Shown piece by piece: positions 1 through 11,227 of a DNA stretch of 64,000 nucleotides. Under the pieces are notes generated by a model. The model was not told the DNA's origin, did no database searches, and saw only the letters and a program-made list of their open reading frames with translations. The position numbers were made by a program, and so were the translations under genes. This stretch comes from Nitrosopumilaceae archaeon (lineage in GTDB: Archaea > Thermoproteota > Nitrososphaeria > Nitrososphaerales > Nitrosopumilaceae): contig OZ242376.1 of NCBI GenBank assembly GCA_965209085.1, forward strand, positions 1,600,001 through 1,664,000, written 5' to 3'. The first letter of the stretch is position 1. Every line of letters begins with the position of its first letter.

Positions 1-319
1 TATCAATTACCAACGCTCCAAGGGTTATCTGTGTTATTACAAGCCCGCATGCAAATGCGCTGGTAAAACGTATTCTGGTGTGAGTGTATGCTGATTTCCA
101 GCTAAATACTGCAGTAGCTATAATCAGTGCGGAGGTTGTCACGGCGATAAACCTGTGTATCCATTCTACAAGAAACTCGTCATTGGGCAGCAATCCGCTG
201 GGACATAAAGGCCATTCAGGACATGTCAGACCAAGACCCGCTGCTGAAATGTATCCGCCTATGAACATTAACGAATAAAGAACAATCAACGTTGCAAGTG
301 CCAGATATTTAAAAGCCAA
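1..319 (-). CDS. ctaA: Heme A synthase (COX15/CtaA family), truncated by window start
   Basis: Hand translation from TTG at 319: MAFKYLALATLIVLYSLMFIGGYISAAGLGLTCPEWPLCPSG..EWIHR; C-x-x-WP-x-C and EWxHR motifs; directly downstream of the oxidase operon. Not in ORF track. Confidence 0.88.
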   Translation of the reverse strand, partial: MAFKYLALATLIVLYSLMFIGGYISAAGLGLTCPEWPLCPSGLLPNDEFLVEWIHRFIAVTTSALIIATAVFSWKSAYTHTRIRFTSAFACGLVITQITLGALVID

Positions 320-321
320 AT

Positions 322-1263
322 CTATTCAACTATAAACGAGCCCGTCATTCCCTGGGCTGCGTGTCCAGGTACTGTGCAAATATAGTAATATTCTCCTGGC
401 GCTCCTGCCGTAAACGATACTGTTCCAGATTCTCCGGATTTTAGAGGATTTGTAACAGCTGCAATGGCAGAATCCCAAAGAACGTTGTTAAAATCTGACG
501 GATCTGAGACTATGCCAAATGCGTGAAACGATACTCCCGTATTTGTTGCAGTAAAGGTCACATTATCACCAGAGTTTACCGTAAAGTCCGGATTGTTGCC
601 GTCTTCGCCTGGCAGTGCGTTAAATGCCAGTGATCTAAAGTCATCAGATTCTACAAAGTTCACTTCAAAGTCGTGTGAAACGCCTGTCGGAGCAGAAGCC
701 ATTGCCGGCTCTTCTGCTGCCGTGACCGTAATGGTTCCTTGCATTCCCTGTGCTCTATGACCTGGAACCGTACAAATGTAATAATAGGTGCCCTCTTTGG
801 CGGCAATAAATTCAGATTGGCCTCTTTCTCCTCCCTTTAACGGGTTTGCCGCTGCGGCAATATCCGTGCCGGCAATTATGCTGGTAAAACCTTCCTCGTC
901 GGCAGTTACACCAAATGCATGAAATGAGACGCCATCATTTACAACATCAAATTCTATCTTGTCACCTACTGCAACCGTAATGGACGGATTATTCTCCGGC
1001 TCTCCGGGCAGCGCGTTAAAAGCTAACGTCCTAAAGTCTGAAGATTCTATGAACGAGAGGGATATTGGCACTGTTTTGCCCGTTGCGACAGCGTTTTCTG
1101 TTACTTGATATGTCATATTTGCAGCTTCGGGCGGTATGGATATCCAATAGTCCCACATTCCAAAAAAGATGGCTCCGCCAGCTATGCAAATTCCAAGCAT
1201 TATGGCCATCATGCGGATCGTTCTGTCCGGAGATGTCCTGTAAATTTGATCTTGTCCGCTCAT
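322..1263 (-). CDS. Membrane-anchored blue copper protein with two cupredoxin domains
   Basis: N-terminal TM helix; two HAFG...YICTVPGH..QGM type-1 copper motifs; in cox operon. Confidence 0.9.
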   Translation of the reverse strand: MSGQDQIYRTSPDRTIRMMAIMLGICIAGGAIFFGMWDYWISIPPEAANMTYQVTENAVATGKTVPISLSFIESSDFRTLAFNALPGEPENNPSITVAVGDKIEFDVVNDGVSFHAFGVTADEEGFTSIIAGTDIAAAANPLKGGERGQSEFIAAKEGTYYYICTVPGHRAQGMQGTITVTAAEEPAMASAPTGVSHDFEVNFVESDDFRSLAFNALPGEDGNNPDFTVNSGDNVTFTATNTGVSFHAFGIVSDPSDFNNVLWDSAIAAVTNPLKSGESGTVSFTAGAPGEYYYICTVPGHAAQGMTGSFIVE

Positions 1264-1273
1264 GCCATTTCAC

Positions 1274-2833
1274 CTAATGATGCGGGTTTTTACTTTGGAA
1301 CGGATAATAGTATTTTCCGCCCAAGCCCCAGGGATCGTCTACGTTTGCCGGCTTGCCTTTGGCCGTGGAGTATATCATGTTGGCGAGGAATATTACCATG
1401 CTGATTCCTATTAGCATTGCACCCATGGTAATTACCTGGTTCATCACTATCCATTCGGGAATTGGCGGATAGTCATATACGCGCCGCGGCATTCCAAAGA
1501 GACCTAGCACGTGCTGTGTAAAGAATACCAAAATCGTTCCCACAAACGCAAGTATGAAATGAATTTTGCCCAGCCTTTCATGGTACATACGGCCTGTAAC
1601 ATAGGGGAACATGTAGTAGAGGTATCCTATTGAACCGAATGCTATCGTGCCCATTACAAACAGGTGAAAGTGTCCCACAACCCAGTACGAGTCGTGTGTT
1701 ACAAAGTCCAAAGGCATTGCACTGTTTACCACTCCACCGGCTCCTGCTGAGAAAAATAGTGCAATTCCGCCTATTGCCCACATCATGGGTGTTGCAAACT
1801 TTATGCGGCCATTCCACATTGTTGCCAAAAAGTTAAAGACGTGCATGGCAGAGGCTGGAACCGCCGCAAGCGTTCCCACCATGAAGACTGTTTTTTCCGT
1901 AAATGACATGCCGGTTGCATACATGTGGTGTGCCCAGGATGAAAATGCCACAATTGAGAGCAGTACAAATGCAAAGATTCCAGAGCTCTTGCTGTATATG
2001 GGTTTGCGTGAAAATCTTGGAATTATCTCGTACATCATTCCGATGGCAGGTATTACTAGCACATACACTTCAGGATGGAATGTAAACCAAAACAAGTGTG
2101 CATATGCTATAGGATCGCCGCCAAGTGCAGGATTGAAAAATCCGCTAGCTCCAAGTCTGTCAGTTAAGAGCATCAGCAATGCGGCTGCAAACGTAGGAAT
2201 TGCCACCAAAACTATCAGTGAAGAGGAAAGAAATGACCATGCAAGTAGCGGAACCTGCCCTATAGACATGTCCGGGTGTTTGCACTTTAGAATTGTAACG
2301 ATAAAGTTTATCGCGCCCAAAATGGAGGATATGCCCAGTATTTTTAATCCAAATATCCACATATCTGCTGCAGGACCTGGTGCGCTGATTATCGAATAGG
2401 GGGGGGTTGCATACCATGTAAAGTCCGCAAATCCAAGCCAAATGAGCGCGCCTGCAGGAGGTATCATCCAAAACGCAATTGCATTTAGCTTTGGATACGC
2501 CATGTCTTTGTATCTGACCATGATTGGAACGAAATAGTTTCCCACTGCGGAGGCAAACGGGAGTATAAACAGGAATATCAACGTGGTTCCATGAACTGTG
2601 AATATTCTGTTATAAGTCATCGAGTCTGCAATAAACTGCGATCCTGGAAGGAACAGTTCCAAGCGGATTATTAGAGCCAGTGATCCTCCCATGAACAAAA
2701 ATGCCAAAGATGTAATCAGATACAACAGGCCTATATCGGTATGATGCGTTGAAAACATGATCTGCCATATGGGTCTAGGTTTTGCAAGTTCCAGTGTCAT
2801 ATTAGTAACTGCCTCCGTGTGTAGATACAGCAA
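1274..2833 (-). CDS. coxA: Heme-copper oxidase subunit I
   Basis: HLFWFTFHPEVY, WAHH, GHFH metal-ligand motifs; true start probably MTLELAK at about 2800. Confidence 0.97.
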   Translation of the reverse strand: MLYLHTEAVTNMTLELAKPRPIWQIMFSTHHTDIGLLYLITSLAFLFMGGSLALIIRLELFLPGSQFIADSMTYNRIFTVHGTTLIFLFILPFASAVGNYFVPIMVRYKDMAYPKLNAIAFWMIPPAGALIWLGFADFTWYATPPYSIISAPGPAADMWIFGLKILGISSILGAINFIVTILKCKHPDMSIGQVPLLAWSFLSSSLIVLVAIPTFAAALLMLLTDRLGASGFFNPALGGDPIAYAHLFWFTFHPEVYVLVIPAIGMMYEIIPRFSRKPIYSKSSGIFAFVLLSIVAFSSWAHHMYATGMSFTEKTVFMVGTLAAVPASAMHVFNFLATMWNGRIKFATPMMWAIGGIALFFSAGAGGVVNSAMPLDFVTHDSYWVVGHFHLFVMGTIAFGSIGYLYYMFPYVTGRMYHERLGKIHFILAFVGTILVFFTQHVLGLFGMPRRVYDYPPIPEWIVMNQVITMGAMLIGISMVIFLANMIYSTAKGKPANVDDPWGLGGKYYYPFQSKNPHH

Positions 2834-2845
2834 TTAAAAGCGTTA

Positions 2846-3274
2846 TCATGTAGCAGGCTCCACGTACAGTTTGCCTCTCATGTTATAGTGTATCAGACCG
2901 CAGTATTCCCTGCATTGTATGTCATGCTCGCCCGGTTCGTTTGGTGCAAACCATACAGTATTGACGCGTCCTGGAACTGCATCCAAAAGCACCACGTAAT
3001 CGTGTATGTTGAAAGAATGTATGACATCAGTTGAAGTTATTTCAAATTTGTATGCCTCTCCAACTTTGACATGCAGCTCGCCAATCTCCTTTGTTCCATC
3101 CTCGTGCTCAAATGTCCAATACCACTGCTGACCGATTACTTTGATTACTTTGGCATCTTCTGGTATGTGCTCTACAAGTCTCTCAATGTTCCAAGCCTCA
3201 GCTCCCACCCAGACCAGCAATGCAACGACCACGGCGATGTATACCCATTCGGGCCAGTTTGAATGCCCGCCCAT
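2846..3274 (-). CDS. coxB: Heme-copper oxidase subunit II (CuA domain)
   Basis: GQQWYW, DVIHSF, CREYCGLIHYNM CuA motif. Confidence 0.95.
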   Translation of the reverse strand: MGGHSNWPEWVYIAVVVALLVWVGAEAWNIERLVEHIPEDAKVIKVIGQQWYWTFEHEDGTKEIGELHVKVGEAYKFEITSTDVIHSFNIHDYVVLLDAVPGRVNTVWFAPNEPGEHDIQCREYCGLIHYNMRGKLYVEPAT

Positions 3275-3276
3275 TA

Positions 3277-3564
3277 TTACCAGTTTCCCTTTCCTTCGTA
3301 TTCTGTAGGTTTTGCATGCGGATTAGATTCCCTAAATCTCCAGCAAAGCCACACAATGGTTCCAGATACGATAGCACCGATGGTAAATGCAACCACCATC
3401 ATTCTAAAAAATAGATTCCATATCTCAGCCTTGCGGTCAAGATATTCTCCTGGCTCATCTCCAGCACCAAATACGTCCGAAGGGGTAGTTATTATGATTA
3501 AAGATGCCAGCGTTGCATACAGGATTGATACGGTTTTAAGCAATTTCTCAAATTGAGTCATCAA
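3277..3564 (-). CDS. Small membrane protein resembling the TM part of oxidase subunit II
   Basis: Two hydrophobic segments, WRFRE motif, first gene of cox operon. Confidence 0.7.
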   Translation of the reverse strand: MMTQFEKLLKTVSILYATLASLIIITTPSDVFGAGDEPGEYLDRKAEIWNLFFRMMVVAFTIGAIVSGTIVWLCWRFRESNPHAKPTEYEGKGNW

Positions 3565-3975
3565 ATATTTCTATTTAAGGGTTTTGAGATACAGGCGTAA
3601 TAAAATGTCAAATTGAAAATGAAGCCGCATGCGATCCAAGTTACCGTTGTTTTTGATAAATGTGTTTTTGTAATTTGTATATGATTCAGTACTGAGAATT
3701 CAATTGCATATCTGCAAGTATGCAGCTTTGACGGATCGTGGCAGTATCTGATCTGTTGCGATATGAACAGGATTTTTTCATGATCTATAGCAAGAGTACG
3801 GTCTGCCATGCGTGGTTGCATCTACAATGTTCATGCCGTATAATCTGCCTATGAAATGTAATTTTTTGCCATGATGATATGGGTATGGTCAGGCGTGTCT
3901 GCAATATCTTATCTTGTATGAAATTTCAAACGAGTTAGGTTTAATTAATAAAAAAAACGGCGTACATGATGTAAG

Positions 3976-4887
3976 ATGATTACAATAATAGGAGCAGGAA
4001 AAGTGGGCGGAGATGCGGCAATGTTCTGCGCGCTACGGAATTTAGGGGATATTTTGCTGCTAGACATTGTGGACGGTCTGCCACGTGGCGAGGCCATGGA
4101 CATAAACCAAATGCTCTCAGAGCGCGGCATCGATTCAGAGGTGCAAGGTTCGACGGATTATTCAGAGATGAAAAATTCAGACATAGTGGTGGTTGTAGCC
4201 GGATCTCCAAGAAAACCCGGCATGACTAGAATGGATCTTTTAAAGATAAACTCGTCCATCGTAAGCAATGTTGCCGGTAAGATAAAACAATACGCTCCGG
4301 ATTCAGCCATAATACCCGTTACAAACCCGCTTGATCCAATGGTATACGCCACATACAAGGCATCAGGCTTTGAGAGGAAAAAAATAATAGGCATGGGAGG
4401 GATGCTAGATTTGTCACGCTTTAGACAGTACATACACAAAGCTACTGGAAAATCAAGGGATTCGATACGTGCAATGGTAATAAGCGAGCACGGTGAACAA
4501 ATGTTGCCGCTTACAAGATACGCGTCAATCTCAGGTATTCCGCTTCGATCCTTTTTGTCCGACGAAAAGCTTTCCCAGATAGTTGATGAGACAAAAAAAT
4601 CTGCCGCAAAGATTATAGAATTAAAAGGTGCAACCGTGCACGCCCCAGGAAACGCCATATCGGCAATTGCCGATTCCATATTAAACGACAAAAGACAGCT
4701 TGTTCCAGTTTCAGCCTGTCTTGATGGCCAGTACGGACACTCGGACGTGGCAATAGGCGTTCCGGCAGTGATCGGCAGTGAGGGCATACATGAAATTGTA
4801 GAGTTGGATCTTGATGATGCTGAAAAAACAGTTTTTGATGCCGGCGTTGCCAACGTAAAAAACGCCATAAAATCAATGGAGATTTAG
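3976..4887 (+). CDS. mdh: Malate dehydrogenase (LDH-like)
   Basis: [32 protein letters not shown]. Confidence 0.95.
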   Translation: MITIIGAGKVGGDAAMFCALRNLGDILLLDIVDGLPRGEAMDINQMLSERGIDSEVQGSTDYSEMKNSDIVVVVAGSPRKPGMTRMDLLKINSSIVSNVAGKIKQYAPDSAIIPVTNPLDPMVYATYKASGFERKKIIGMGGMLDLSRFRQYIHKATGKSRDSIRAMVISEHGEQMLPLTRYASISGIPLRSFLSDEKLSQIVDETKKSAAKIIELKGATVHAPGNAISAIADSILNDKRQLVPVSACLDGQYGHSDVAIGVPAVIGSEGIHEIVELDLDDAEKTVFDAGVANVKNAIKSMEI

Positions 4888-5868
4888 TTAGTCCGAATAC
4901 ACGGGTTTTATCAGGTCGGCAATATCATTCCACGTCTTTTCTATGCGTTCAAAAAGATACAGCAGATCAAGATAATCCACAGAAACTTTTTTTTCCGATC
5001 CCAGTGAAGTGTGAAGGTGTTGCATTCTTTTCTCAAACTGTTTGTGCTGTGCTATTGCCACAATGGCAGCCTTGCGGTCGCTTCCAACAAAGGCGTCAAT
5101 AACGCTTTTCCCCATGTCTGAAAATTCCTCTGCAACTCCGTGTATTTTTTTAAGATATGCAGACGGTGTTGAGGTTCCATGCAGTTGAGATGCAAGCTGT
5201 ACTACCGTATCGCCGGCATCCTCCAAAAGATGTGCAGCTATTCTATAATCCAGTATGTCAATATTTTCCAGATTAAACGCGCTGTGGAGTCTTGTATCCA
5301 CCATGGTGCTTCTAACCAGTCTGACCAACAGGAAATACTGCCGGTTTACTTCATTGTCCCTGTTCTCCATTTTAAGCAGGTTTGAACGGTTTTTCTTCAA
5401 CAGGCAGACTGTTACATCATCAAACATTCCAAGTACAATGTTGCTCATACGTTTGAGTATTTTTTGGGGATTCAAAGTTGTAGCATCCATGAGAAACTGC
5501 ATGTCCACAGTTGCAGCATCCTCTTCCACAATCTCCATGCCCACCAGCCGCCTCATGGAGCTGCGAATTTTTTCGCGTTCATCAGCTGGTATGGCTAATT
5601 TTGATCGTATCTTTATCATATCATAACCTAAAAGATATGCCCCGGTAATCGAAGCTGCTATATTTTCATCCTTTACCGGCGGATACTGGATTTCAATTTC
5701 ACTCAAAGGTCCGGTTCTAGTCCCTACCGTAATTGATACTGAATTTATTCCAGTCTCCACGTCAACTTCGGAATTTTTTTCAAGACCAAGTTTATCCACC
5801 CAAGCTTTAGGCAGTGAAACCATCGTAGTGCTCCCTATTCGTTGCAGGCGTCTGACATATTTAGTCAA
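4888..5868 (-). CDS. AbrB-PhoU phosphate uptake regulator
   Basis: RRLQRIGSTTMVSLPKAW AbrB domain followed by PhoU-like helical repeats. Confidence 0.85.
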   Translation of the reverse strand: MTKYVRRLQRIGSTTMVSLPKAWVDKLGLEKNSEVDVETGINSVSITVGTRTGPLSEIEIQYPPVKDENIAASITGAYLLGYDMIKIRSKLAIPADEREKIRSSMRRLVGMEIVEEDAATVDMQFLMDATTLNPQKILKRMSNIVLGMFDDVTVCLLKKNRSNLLKMENRDNEVNRQYFLLVRLVRSTMVDTRLHSAFNLENIDILDYRIAAHLLEDAGDTVVQLASQLHGTSTPSAYLKKIHGVAEEFSDMGKSVIDAFVGSDRKAAIVAIAQHKQFEKRMQHLHTSLGSEKKVSVDYLDLLYLFERIEKTWNDIADLIKPVYSD

Positions 5869-5932
5869 TTTATACCAATTTATATTATTTAATACATATT
5901 CTTATATTTTTCTAAAAATTTAAACCCAAATC

Positions 5933-6844
5933 ATGATGGCAGAGGCATTTTGTCCAGCACACCTGACTGGATTCTTTACGGTCAGGAAAAATGACAATAT
6001 TCAAAAGACCGGTTCCATGGGTGCCGGGTTTTCCATACGGCTGGGCGTTAACACCAGTGTCAAAATTGGGTCTGGCGCAAGCTCGAATACAGAAATTATG
6101 GTTTTTGGATACTCGTCTCCAAATACGCACGTATCTGAGAATATAGTAAGAGCATACCGCGAAAAATTCAAGATTGGTCCTCTCCGAATACTCCACGAGA
6201 TAAAAGTGCCCGTCGGATACGGTTTTGGATGCAGTGCGGCAGTGGCACTCTCATTATCCATGGCACTCAATGCAGCCCTTGGATCGCCGTTGACAAAAGA
6301 AGAGGAGGCAGGTATCGCACACAAAGCTGAGATAGAATGCAAGACAGGATTAGGCGATGTTTTAGCAGCATATCATGGAGGATTTGAAATGAGATACCGT
6401 GCCGGAGCTCCTGGAATCGGCATGGTTGAAAAGATCAAAGATAATCCAAGCATAGTGATTGCATGCTTTGCTCCAATATCCACTGAGAAATTTATTTCTG
6501 AAAAAATGGACAGTATAAACGGTCTTGGCGGAAAAATGCTTGAAAAGCTTGCAGGATCCAAAGACCGCGTTGCAGATTTTCAAGACATGTCACTGGAATT
6601 TGCCGAACACATCGGCTTGATGACTCCAAATATTAAAAAAACATCGGATGCATTGCGCAAAGCCGGCATAAAATGCGGGGTTGCGTTGTTTGGGGAAACC
6701 GTTTTTGCAATGGTTGATTCAGACACTGAAAAATCCGCAATCAACATTTTAGAAAATTTCAAAGGATGTCAGATAATAAAATCCCGCATAGACATGAACG
6801 GGGCAAGACTACAGACGGTTGCGCCGGTGATCACTGGTGGTTAA
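5933..6844 (+). CDS. pok: Pantoate kinase (GHMP kinase)
   Basis: PAHLTGFF, PVGYGFGCSAA, TGLGDV; first gene of CoA operon. Confidence 0.9.
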   Translation: MMAEAFCPAHLTGFFTVRKNDNIQKTGSMGAGFSIRLGVNTSVKIGSGASSNTEIMVFGYSSPNTHVSENIVRAYREKFKIGPLRILHEIKVPVGYGFGCSAAVALSLSMALNAALGSPLTKEEEAGIAHKAEIECKTGLGDVLAAYHGGFEMRYRAGAPGIGMVEKIKDNPSIVIACFAPISTEKFISEKMDSINGLGGKMLEKLAGSKDRVADFQDMSLEFAEHIGLMTPNIKKTSDALRKAGIKCGVALFGETVFAMVDSDTEKSAINILENFKGCQIIKSRIDMNGARLQTVAPVITGG

Positions 6845-7604
6845 AATTCCAAAAACGCATCCGCGTGCAGCATCACTTTTAATCCGTCAAAAGCTTCTCA
6901 AAGGTTTTGATGCAGGGCTTGTCGCAAAAGAAGGACTTTTTGCGCACGGAAGGGGCGAGGCATTTGACTATATGTTTGGGGAGAAAAGCAGCGTTGAATC
7001 AAAAAAAGCCTGCCGTGCAGCAGCTGCCTCACTGCTTTATGCCTCAAATCCGGTCATATCCGTGAATGGTAATGTCGCAGCCCTGTGTGGAAAAGAGGTG
7101 GTTGCCCTCTCAAAGGTTTCGGGGGCAAAATTAGAGGTAAACATCTTTTATTCAGGCATGGATAGGAGAGAGAAAATAGCAAAAACACTGATGCATCATG
7201 GGGCAAAAAATGTCCTAGGTGCAGATATGGTTAATTCTGCCCGGTTGCGCAAAATAGGTTCAGCCCGTTCGATGGTGGATAAGCGCGGAATCGCAGCATC
7301 GGATTTGGTGCTTGTTGCACTAGAAGACGGAGATAGAACATCAGCTCTCAAAGCTGCAGGCAAAACCGTCATTGCCGTGGATTTGAATCCACTCTCAAGA
7401 ACGGCGCAGGATGCGGACATTACAATAGTGGACAATCTCACGCGAAGTACAATATTGCTTGCCGCACAGTGCAAATTATTATCCGGCCGCAGCAAACCTG
7501 CCTTGAAAAAAATTATAGACGAATTTGACAACAATGCGTGCCTTGCATCCGGCATAACAAGGGCAATGTCAGGATTAAAAAAGAGGGCGAAGAGTTTTGC
7601 ATAA
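6837..7604 (+). CDS. pps: Phosphopantothenate synthetase
   Basis: HPR, AHGRGEAFDY, SVNGN, LEDGDR, DLNPLSRT. Confidence 0.93.
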   Translation: MVKIPKTHPRAASLLIRQKLLKGFDAGLVAKEGLFAHGRGEAFDYMFGEKSSVESKKACRAAAASLLYASNPVISVNGNVAALCGKEVVALSKVSGAKLEVNIFYSGMDRREKIAKTLMHHGAKNVLGADMVNSARLRKIGSARSMVDKRGIAASDLVLVALEDGDRTSALKAAGKTVIAVDLNPLSRTAQDADITIVDNLTRSTILLAAQCKLLSGRSKPALKKIIDEFDNNACLASGITRAMSGLKKRAKSFA

Positions 7605-8433
7605 ATCCGTCAGGGACATTATAACTGTAAAAAATTCTGGAAAAAAATTAACCGCACTGACAAGTTTTGACTATACGCTTGCACGTATGTGCGATGCGGC
7701 AGGCACTGACATTCTGCTTGTAGGGGACAGCGCAGGTATGGTGGCTTTGGGATATGATGATACAACACGCGTTACGATGGATCAAATGTGTCTTTTTACA
7801 AATGCGGTAAGCCGTGCAAGGGAAAATGCGCTACTAGTTGCAGACATGCCTTTCATGTCATACCAGCCAGGATTGCAGGTTGCGCTGCAAAATGCCGGGA
7901 TGTTAGTAGCTGCCGGTGCTGATGCTGTAAAGTTAGAGGGGGGAGCGCACGTGGTGCCAATAGTGAAAGGATTAGTGGAGGCGGGAATACCCGTCATGGG
8001 TCATATTGGCGTGCAGCCTCAGACGGCTACGATGGATGGCGGGTATGCTGCGCGCGGCATGACAAAAGAGTCCGCACTTGGTTTGATTGGAGATGCAGAC
8101 ATGCTTGCACGGGCCGGAATATTTGCACTGACTTTGGAGATGGTCGCATCGCAGACGGCTGCCATCATAACTAGAAGAATTCCAGTTCCCACCATAGGCA
8201 TAGGATCAGGACCAGAATGTGACGGGCAGATCCTAGTCACGCACGATATGCTAGGCATGTATGAAAAGATCTCTCCCAGATTTGTCAAAAAATATCTTGG
8301 TAATCAAATAACAGATGCGCTACTCAAATACGGCGAGGAAGTACGTGGAGGTAAATTTCCCAGCGATGAGAATTCATACCAGATGGATGCATCAGAATTA
8401 AAAGAGCTGAACGAGGAGCTTGGCAAAAAATAA
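7597..8433 (+). CDS. panB: Ketopantoate hydroxymethyltransferase
   Basis: LLVGDSAGM, ADMPFMSY, VKLEGG, GHIG, GIGSG. Confidence 0.95.
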   Translation: MHKSVRDIITVKNSGKKLTALTSFDYTLARMCDAAGTDILLVGDSAGMVALGYDDTTRVTMDQMCLFTNAVSRARENALLVADMPFMSYQPGLQVALQNAGMLVAAGADAVKLEGGAHVVPIVKGLVEAGIPVMGHIGVQPQTATMDGGYAARGMTKESALGLIGDADMLARAGIFALTLEMVASQTAAIITRRIPVPTIGIGSGPECDGQILVTHDMLGMYEKISPRFVKKYLGNQITDALLKYGEEVRGGKFPSDENSYQMDASELKELNEELGKK

Positions 8434-9676
8434 AACGCTAGGGCAGATGCACCCTTCGCTTGACATAGTGGAAACTCACAGCTCCAAGCTTGCCGGGAAA
8501 AAAATTGTTTTGTGCGTATCGGGGAGCGTTGCAGCATACAAGGCAATAGAGCTTGCAAGGATGATGATGCGGCACGGGGCCAAAGTTACATGTGTTGCAA
8601 GCGAGGCATCCATGAAGCTTTTGCGTCCTGATTATCTAAAATGGGCCACAGGTAACAAGGTCATAACAAAGTTAACCGGTTCTCTAGAGCACATACGCAT
8701 AGCTGAGAAAAAAACTTCCGATATTATAGTTGTCTATCCGTGCACGGCAAACACGCTGGGCAAGCTTGCAAACGGCATAGACGATGATCCCATACCCACG
8801 GTTCTTACTGTTGCGTTTGGTGCAAACATACCCATACTCATATGCCCGGCCATGCACGCATCCATGTACGAGAATGTCGCTGTAAAAAGAAACATTGAAT
8901 TTTTAAAATCAAAACGCGTAAAATTTTCCCAGCCGCACATGAGAGAAGGCAAAGCAAAGATATCCGAACCGCCGGAGATACTCTTGCAGATAATGAGAAT
9001 GCTTGGCGCATCAAACGGTCCGCTAGAAGGCAAACGTGTGCTAGTTACGGTAGGCGGCACTTCAGAACGCATAGATGCTGTGCGCAGTATAACAAACCAA
9101 AGCTCGGGCAGGATGGGAACGGCAATTGTATCGGAATTTTTACGGGCAGGCTCAAAGGTAACTGCCGTATACGGCCATTCCACGTATGAGCCGCCTGATG
9201 GCGCAGCTGTAACAAGGGTAGAGAGCGCAGCTCAGATGGCAAAGGCTGTAAATGCGCATTTAAAGGCAAAAAAATACGACATTCTCGTAATGGCAGCTGC
9301 TGTATCCGACTATGCCCCGGTAAGATCAAATGGTGGGAAAATTTCCAGCAGAAAAAAATCCATTGTATTAAAACTTTGGAAAACTCCAAAGATTATAGAT
9401 GGAATAAAAAAGATTCAAAGTGATATTTTTTTGGTCGGATTCAAGGCTGAATCGCGTGTTTCTGCAACTGTATTGGAAAAGAGCGCTAGGGCAAAAATGA
9501 AGGCATCAATGGCTGAGATGATCGTTGCAAATGATGTGGGTTTGGCGCGCCATCTAAAAAATCCCGGCTCCAACGAGGTTCTCGTTATAGATGAGAACCG
9601 TTCGGTAAAATCAGGATACAAAACAAAGGAAAAGCTTGCATTATTTATCGTGAAAGAAATTTCAAAGAGAATCTAA
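8420..9676 (+). CDS. coaBC: Phosphopantothenoylcysteine decarboxylase/synthetase
   Basis: GSVAAYK, PAMH, IDAVRSITNQSSGRMG, AAVSDY, GFKAE. Confidence 0.95.
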   Translation: MAKNKTLGQMHPSLDIVETHSSKLAGKKIVLCVSGSVAAYKAIELARMMMRHGAKVTCVASEASMKLLRPDYLKWATGNKVITKLTGSLEHIRIAEKKTSDIIVVYPCTANTLGKLANGIDDDPIPTVLTVAFGANIPILICPAMHASMYENVAVKRNIEFLKSKRVKFSQPHMREGKAKISEPPEILLQIMRMLGASNGPLEGKRVLVTVGGTSERIDAVRSITNQSSGRMGTAIVSEFLRAGSKVTAVYGHSTYEPPDGAAVTRVESAAQMAKAVNAHLKAKKYDILVMAAAVSDYAPVRSNGGKISSRKKSIVLKLWKTPKIIDGIKKIQSDIFLVGFKAESRVSATVLEKSARAKMKASMAEMIVANDVGLARHLKNPGSNEVLVIDENRSVKSGYKTKEKLALFIVKEISKRI

Positions 9677-11220
9677 TATATGGTGCGTTTTTTGACAAGC
9701 GATACGGCAAATACTAGAAGAGATACTATCATTCCGGCAGCTCCAAGCGTCTGATCCGCACCGTACAGTATTGCAGAACCGACAAAACCGGCTCCTGACA
9801 TTACCGATATGGGCATGGTTGTTGTACGTTTTTTCATGTATTTCATCTTGCGGTTCTCATCGAGGAATTTTTTCATCTCTGGTGCGAGGGATACTGCATC
9901 ACGTGCGGATTTTATAAAATCATTTACGGATGTTTTTATCTCATTTGCATACGCCCCGTACATGAGATTTTCTTCTGTTAGTATCTGCCTCATCATATTG
10001 ACAAACTGGAACTGTATCTTATGCGTCTTGTATATGCCCTCTATGATGGAGGTCATCCGCAGATACAGTGCAAGATTCTTTGGCAGCAAAAACGGAAAAT
10101 TGCTCATGGTTCTGTTTGCAATCTCCATGAGGCTCTCAACTTCCATCTGATCCGGCTTTTTGCCGTGCAATGCCTGCACGCTCAGCTCGATTGCCCTCTC
10201 GATTAGTTCCATGTTTGCATCAGGTGCAAGCATTCCAAGCGAGTTCATCACGCGCACCGTACGCGGAGGGTCCTGTTCTATCAGTGCAAGATACAGCCGT
10301 ACAAGTTTCATGCGCGTCTGCTCATCGATGCGGCCAACCATGCCAAAATCATACAGTATGAGACGTCCTTCTTTTGTGACTGAGATATTTCCCGGATGCG
10401 GATCGGCGTGAAATATTGCGTTTGATAAGAGCATCCTGAAAAACACTTTATGCACGTCAAGGACAAGTTTCTGGCGGTCAATTCCCATGCGTTCAAGGGA
10501 TTCAATATCGGTCACCTTTGTTCCTGCAAGATATTCCATTGTAAGCACGTTTTTTGTGGACATTTCATCATATACTTGCGGTATTATCACATCATCGCGG
10601 TCTGCAATGTTGTTTTTAATTTCTTTTAGATTTTTGGACTCTATCGTATAGTCCAATTCCTCCCGTATGCTCTCCTCAAACTGTTCAAGCATCCCTTTTG
10701 CCGAAAATCCCAGGTTTGGATCCACAAATTTAAGCGCTATTGGAAATATCCTCTTTAATACAGCAATATCCACTTTGATTATTTTTTCTATTCCGGGCCG
10801 CTTTACCTTTACTGCTATTTGTTTTCCGTCCATTTCTGCAAGGTAAACCTGTCCAAGAGAAGCTCCAGAGACTGCGTTTGAATCAATGTTTTTTAATTTG
10901 TGAAACGATTCTCCCAAATCGTGCCGCATTATCTGCTCTACCTGCTCGTACGGGGCAGGAGGCACCTCATCCTGTAATTTTCCAAGCTCTGCCATGTACG
11001 GCTGCGGAAGTATGTCAGCCCGTGCAGAAAGCCACTGACCGAGTTTTATGTATGCCGGACCCAGTGATACAAGCGTGGTCATAAGTTTGCGGGCATTTTT
11101 TTGTGCCTTGCGCGTATATTCGGGTCCGTACTCTTTTTTGATCCATTTTTTTCTATCCTTACGCAGTGCAAACGACACCGGAAGCAAGAGTACAAACACT
11201 TTGATCATTCGAAAAATCAT
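9673..11220 (-). CDS. ABC1/UbiB family kinase
   Basis: LGPAYIKLGQ, ASLGQVY, VKVKRP, FHADPHPGN, DFGM. Confidence 0.93.
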   Translation of the reverse strand: MIFRMIKVFVLLLPVSFALRKDRKKWIKKEYGPEYTRKAQKNARKLMTTLVSLGPAYIKLGQWLSARADILPQPYMAELGKLQDEVPPAPYEQVEQIMRHDLGESFHKLKNIDSNAVSGASLGQVYLAEMDGKQIAVKVKRPGIEKIIKVDIAVLKRIFPIALKFVDPNLGFSAKGMLEQFEESIREELDYTIESKNLKEIKNNIADRDDVIIPQVYDEMSTKNVLTMEYLAGTKVTDIESLERMGIDRQKLVLDVHKVFFRMLLSNAIFHADPHPGNISVTKEGRLILYDFGMVGRIDEQTRMKLVRLYLALIEQDPPRTVRVMNSLGMLAPDANMELIERAIELSVQALHGKKPDQMEVESLMEIANRTMSNFPFLLPKNLALYLRMTSIIEGIYKTHKIQFQFVNMMRQILTEENLMYGAYANEIKTSVNDFIKSARDAVSLAPEMKKFLDENRKMKYMKKRTTTMPISVMSGAGFVGSAILYGADQTLGAAGMIVSLLVFAVSLVKKRTIY

Positions 11221-11227
11221 TACATGT

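Noticed and set aside
3561-3821. 86-aa ORF upstream of the cox operon
   Set aside because: No recognisable motif and it overlaps the likely promoter; may be decayed sequence.
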